Assembly: GCA_046563655.1 (NCBI GenBank)
Contig: CM102284.1
Location: 7,378,001 to 7,442,000 of the forward strand
DNA: 64,000 nucleotides
Direction: 5' to 3'
DNA from: Yuukianura sp. NJ FZ-2021
Taxonomy: Eukaryota
A program made the translations under genes and the position numbers. The notes beneath the pieces are model-generated. The model was not told the origin of the DNA. It saw only the letters and a list, made by a program, of their open reading frames with translations, and ran no database searches. Below, piece by piece: positions 62,401 through 64,000 of the stretch; position 1 is the first letter of the stretch, and every line of letters starts with the position of its first letter.

Positions 62401-63328
62401 TTCTGCTCTACTTTTACAACCGCAAATCATAAAACATTCCATTCAACACAATTTAAATTAACTTCAAACCAATTTTGAAGGAAAAACGTAGAGTAATTTT
62501 AGACTTAGAAATCGTATCACCTAACGATTCAAAACATTTAGCAAAAGCTTAAATGTTTTGAAAAAGAAAGTTTTCAAGATTTATCAAACTGGTTTGATTT
62601 GCCTACATTTGTAAATTGCGACAATGGAAAGCACAAAAACGAAAACTGGTTTTTAACAAAATTGAGTAAAAACTGGTCCTTACCAAAAGTTGTGCTACCA
62701 AAAGTGTAAAATCTGGAATCAAATTGTGTGAAATAAATGTTAAATGAAACAAGTTTCAATCTCGACTGAATGAAAAGGAAATTGACCCACCTTGTCCCAC
62801 CCCCAAGGGGAAACTAAACAGAAGTTTAGCGACCCACACTTAACGTAACAATGACAAAATTAGAGAAACTGTAGAGTTAATTGTTCAAGTTAATTAACTT
62901 TAACTTTGGGAAATTAATCCTAAATGACTTAATTTCCCACGCTTTCGGAAATGTCATAACTTTTTAGTTTTCTCAAACTCTCTAAAAGGTGAGAAAATAT
63001 TTATTGAAAGTCTGCTAACTAATCGGGAAAACGACATTTTTAACACTAAAATTCATACAACTTCGATTTGAGTTTAAAAAAGTTCAAAATACTAAGGCTA
63101 ACAATCTAAATAGTAGTTGAATAGATTGTTTACGGAAATGCTGTTTCAAAAACTTCTCCTGTTTAGAAAAGATTTCGGAAACTTGAATTTGAAAATTATT
63201 ATACTTAATTTTAACACTTTAGTACTCCGTAAACAGGTTTACAACAAGAAAGTTCCTTTGCGTTTTAGTTTCACATGAAGTTTCTAGCTTTCTTTTTTAG
63301 AAAACAGTTTTTCAACGCGTTAGGTGCC

Positions 63329-64000
63329 CTACGAGTACTTGTACTTGTTAGCGATTTCTGGAAAATCTGTTTTAAATGACAAAACGAAAATGTATAAACT
63401 GTAGGTAAAAATGTACAGGAGTTCCATATAGAGAAGCAGAGCAAATGGCAGGGACAGATCGGACAGCGAAACGACATTGAAAATCCACGGAAAAAGTACG
63501 AGCCGAAATATGATGCAGGTCACTGAAAACAGAAACAACCAGTTAGGTTCAAATGTTGATGAAAACTGTCAAAATTCAAAACTTCTAGTTTCAGTTTTAC
63601 CTAAGTTTGCAACTCCAAGTGAATTTTTCAACTTCCGTTCCTCTTCATATCCGTAGAAGTTTACAACAATTCTGGAGTGCAGAAACATGTTGTGGAATTC
63701 AGTCATTAGGCCTAGAAGAGTATACAGAGAAATTGAAAATTCAGTCATGATTTTGAAAATTGACCAACAGTTGTTCTAAAAGTTAGAACAGCGTTAGTTG
63801 GGTACTTGTGCTTACCTGTAATTGCTATTGAGGTAAATCGTCCTGTCAAGACGCATGGTCCAAGAATTGAGAGAACTAGGACATGATGTACAACGTACTG
63901 TGAAATGCTAGTTTCATGTCTGTGAGCAATTTCATCCCAAAGATCATAAACAAAGTAACCTAAAAAGTTTAAAACAAATAGAACGTGCAATTAAGATGAA
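63329..64000 (-). CDS. TLC (TRAM/LAG1/CLN8) domain membrane protein, 3' part
   Basis: Exons >64000-63816, 63711-63601, 63522-63329; motifs GYFVYDL, VVHHVLV, LMTEFHNMFLHSR and IIFRLV. Confidence 0.85.

Overview
This is eukaryotic, AT-rich arthropod genomic DNA with short GT-AG introns. A non-insect hexapod such as a springtail is plausible, but that is only an inference. It is not prokaryotic and shows no rRNA, tRNA or CRISPR. Left half: an 8-exon, ~1234-aa low-complexity gene (+, 2392-24622) ends in a CaaX box (CCIQ). It is overlapped by a +1-frame ORF in the same exon that ends in a second CaaX box (CCAIQ), a candidate recoding or reinitiation system. A 63-aa secreted helical peptide gene, absent from the ORF track, is nested antisense in its third intron. 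Middle: Rfx (-) head-to-head with TRAPPC13 (+), then G-protein gamma-1 (-, also absent from the ORF track). Right half: a ~13-kb tandem array (42.6-56 kb) of two uncharacterised signal-peptide/membrane protein families. The array carries recent duplications, a hAT-type MITE, a solo LTR that disrupts one copy, and many nuclear-receptor elements including perfect ecdysone-type palindromes. After it come a divergent centrin-like gene with an RFX X-box upstream, a membrane protein gene and the 3' end of a TLC-domain gene. Exon boundaries were read by eye from splice signals and phase consistency; no database search was run.
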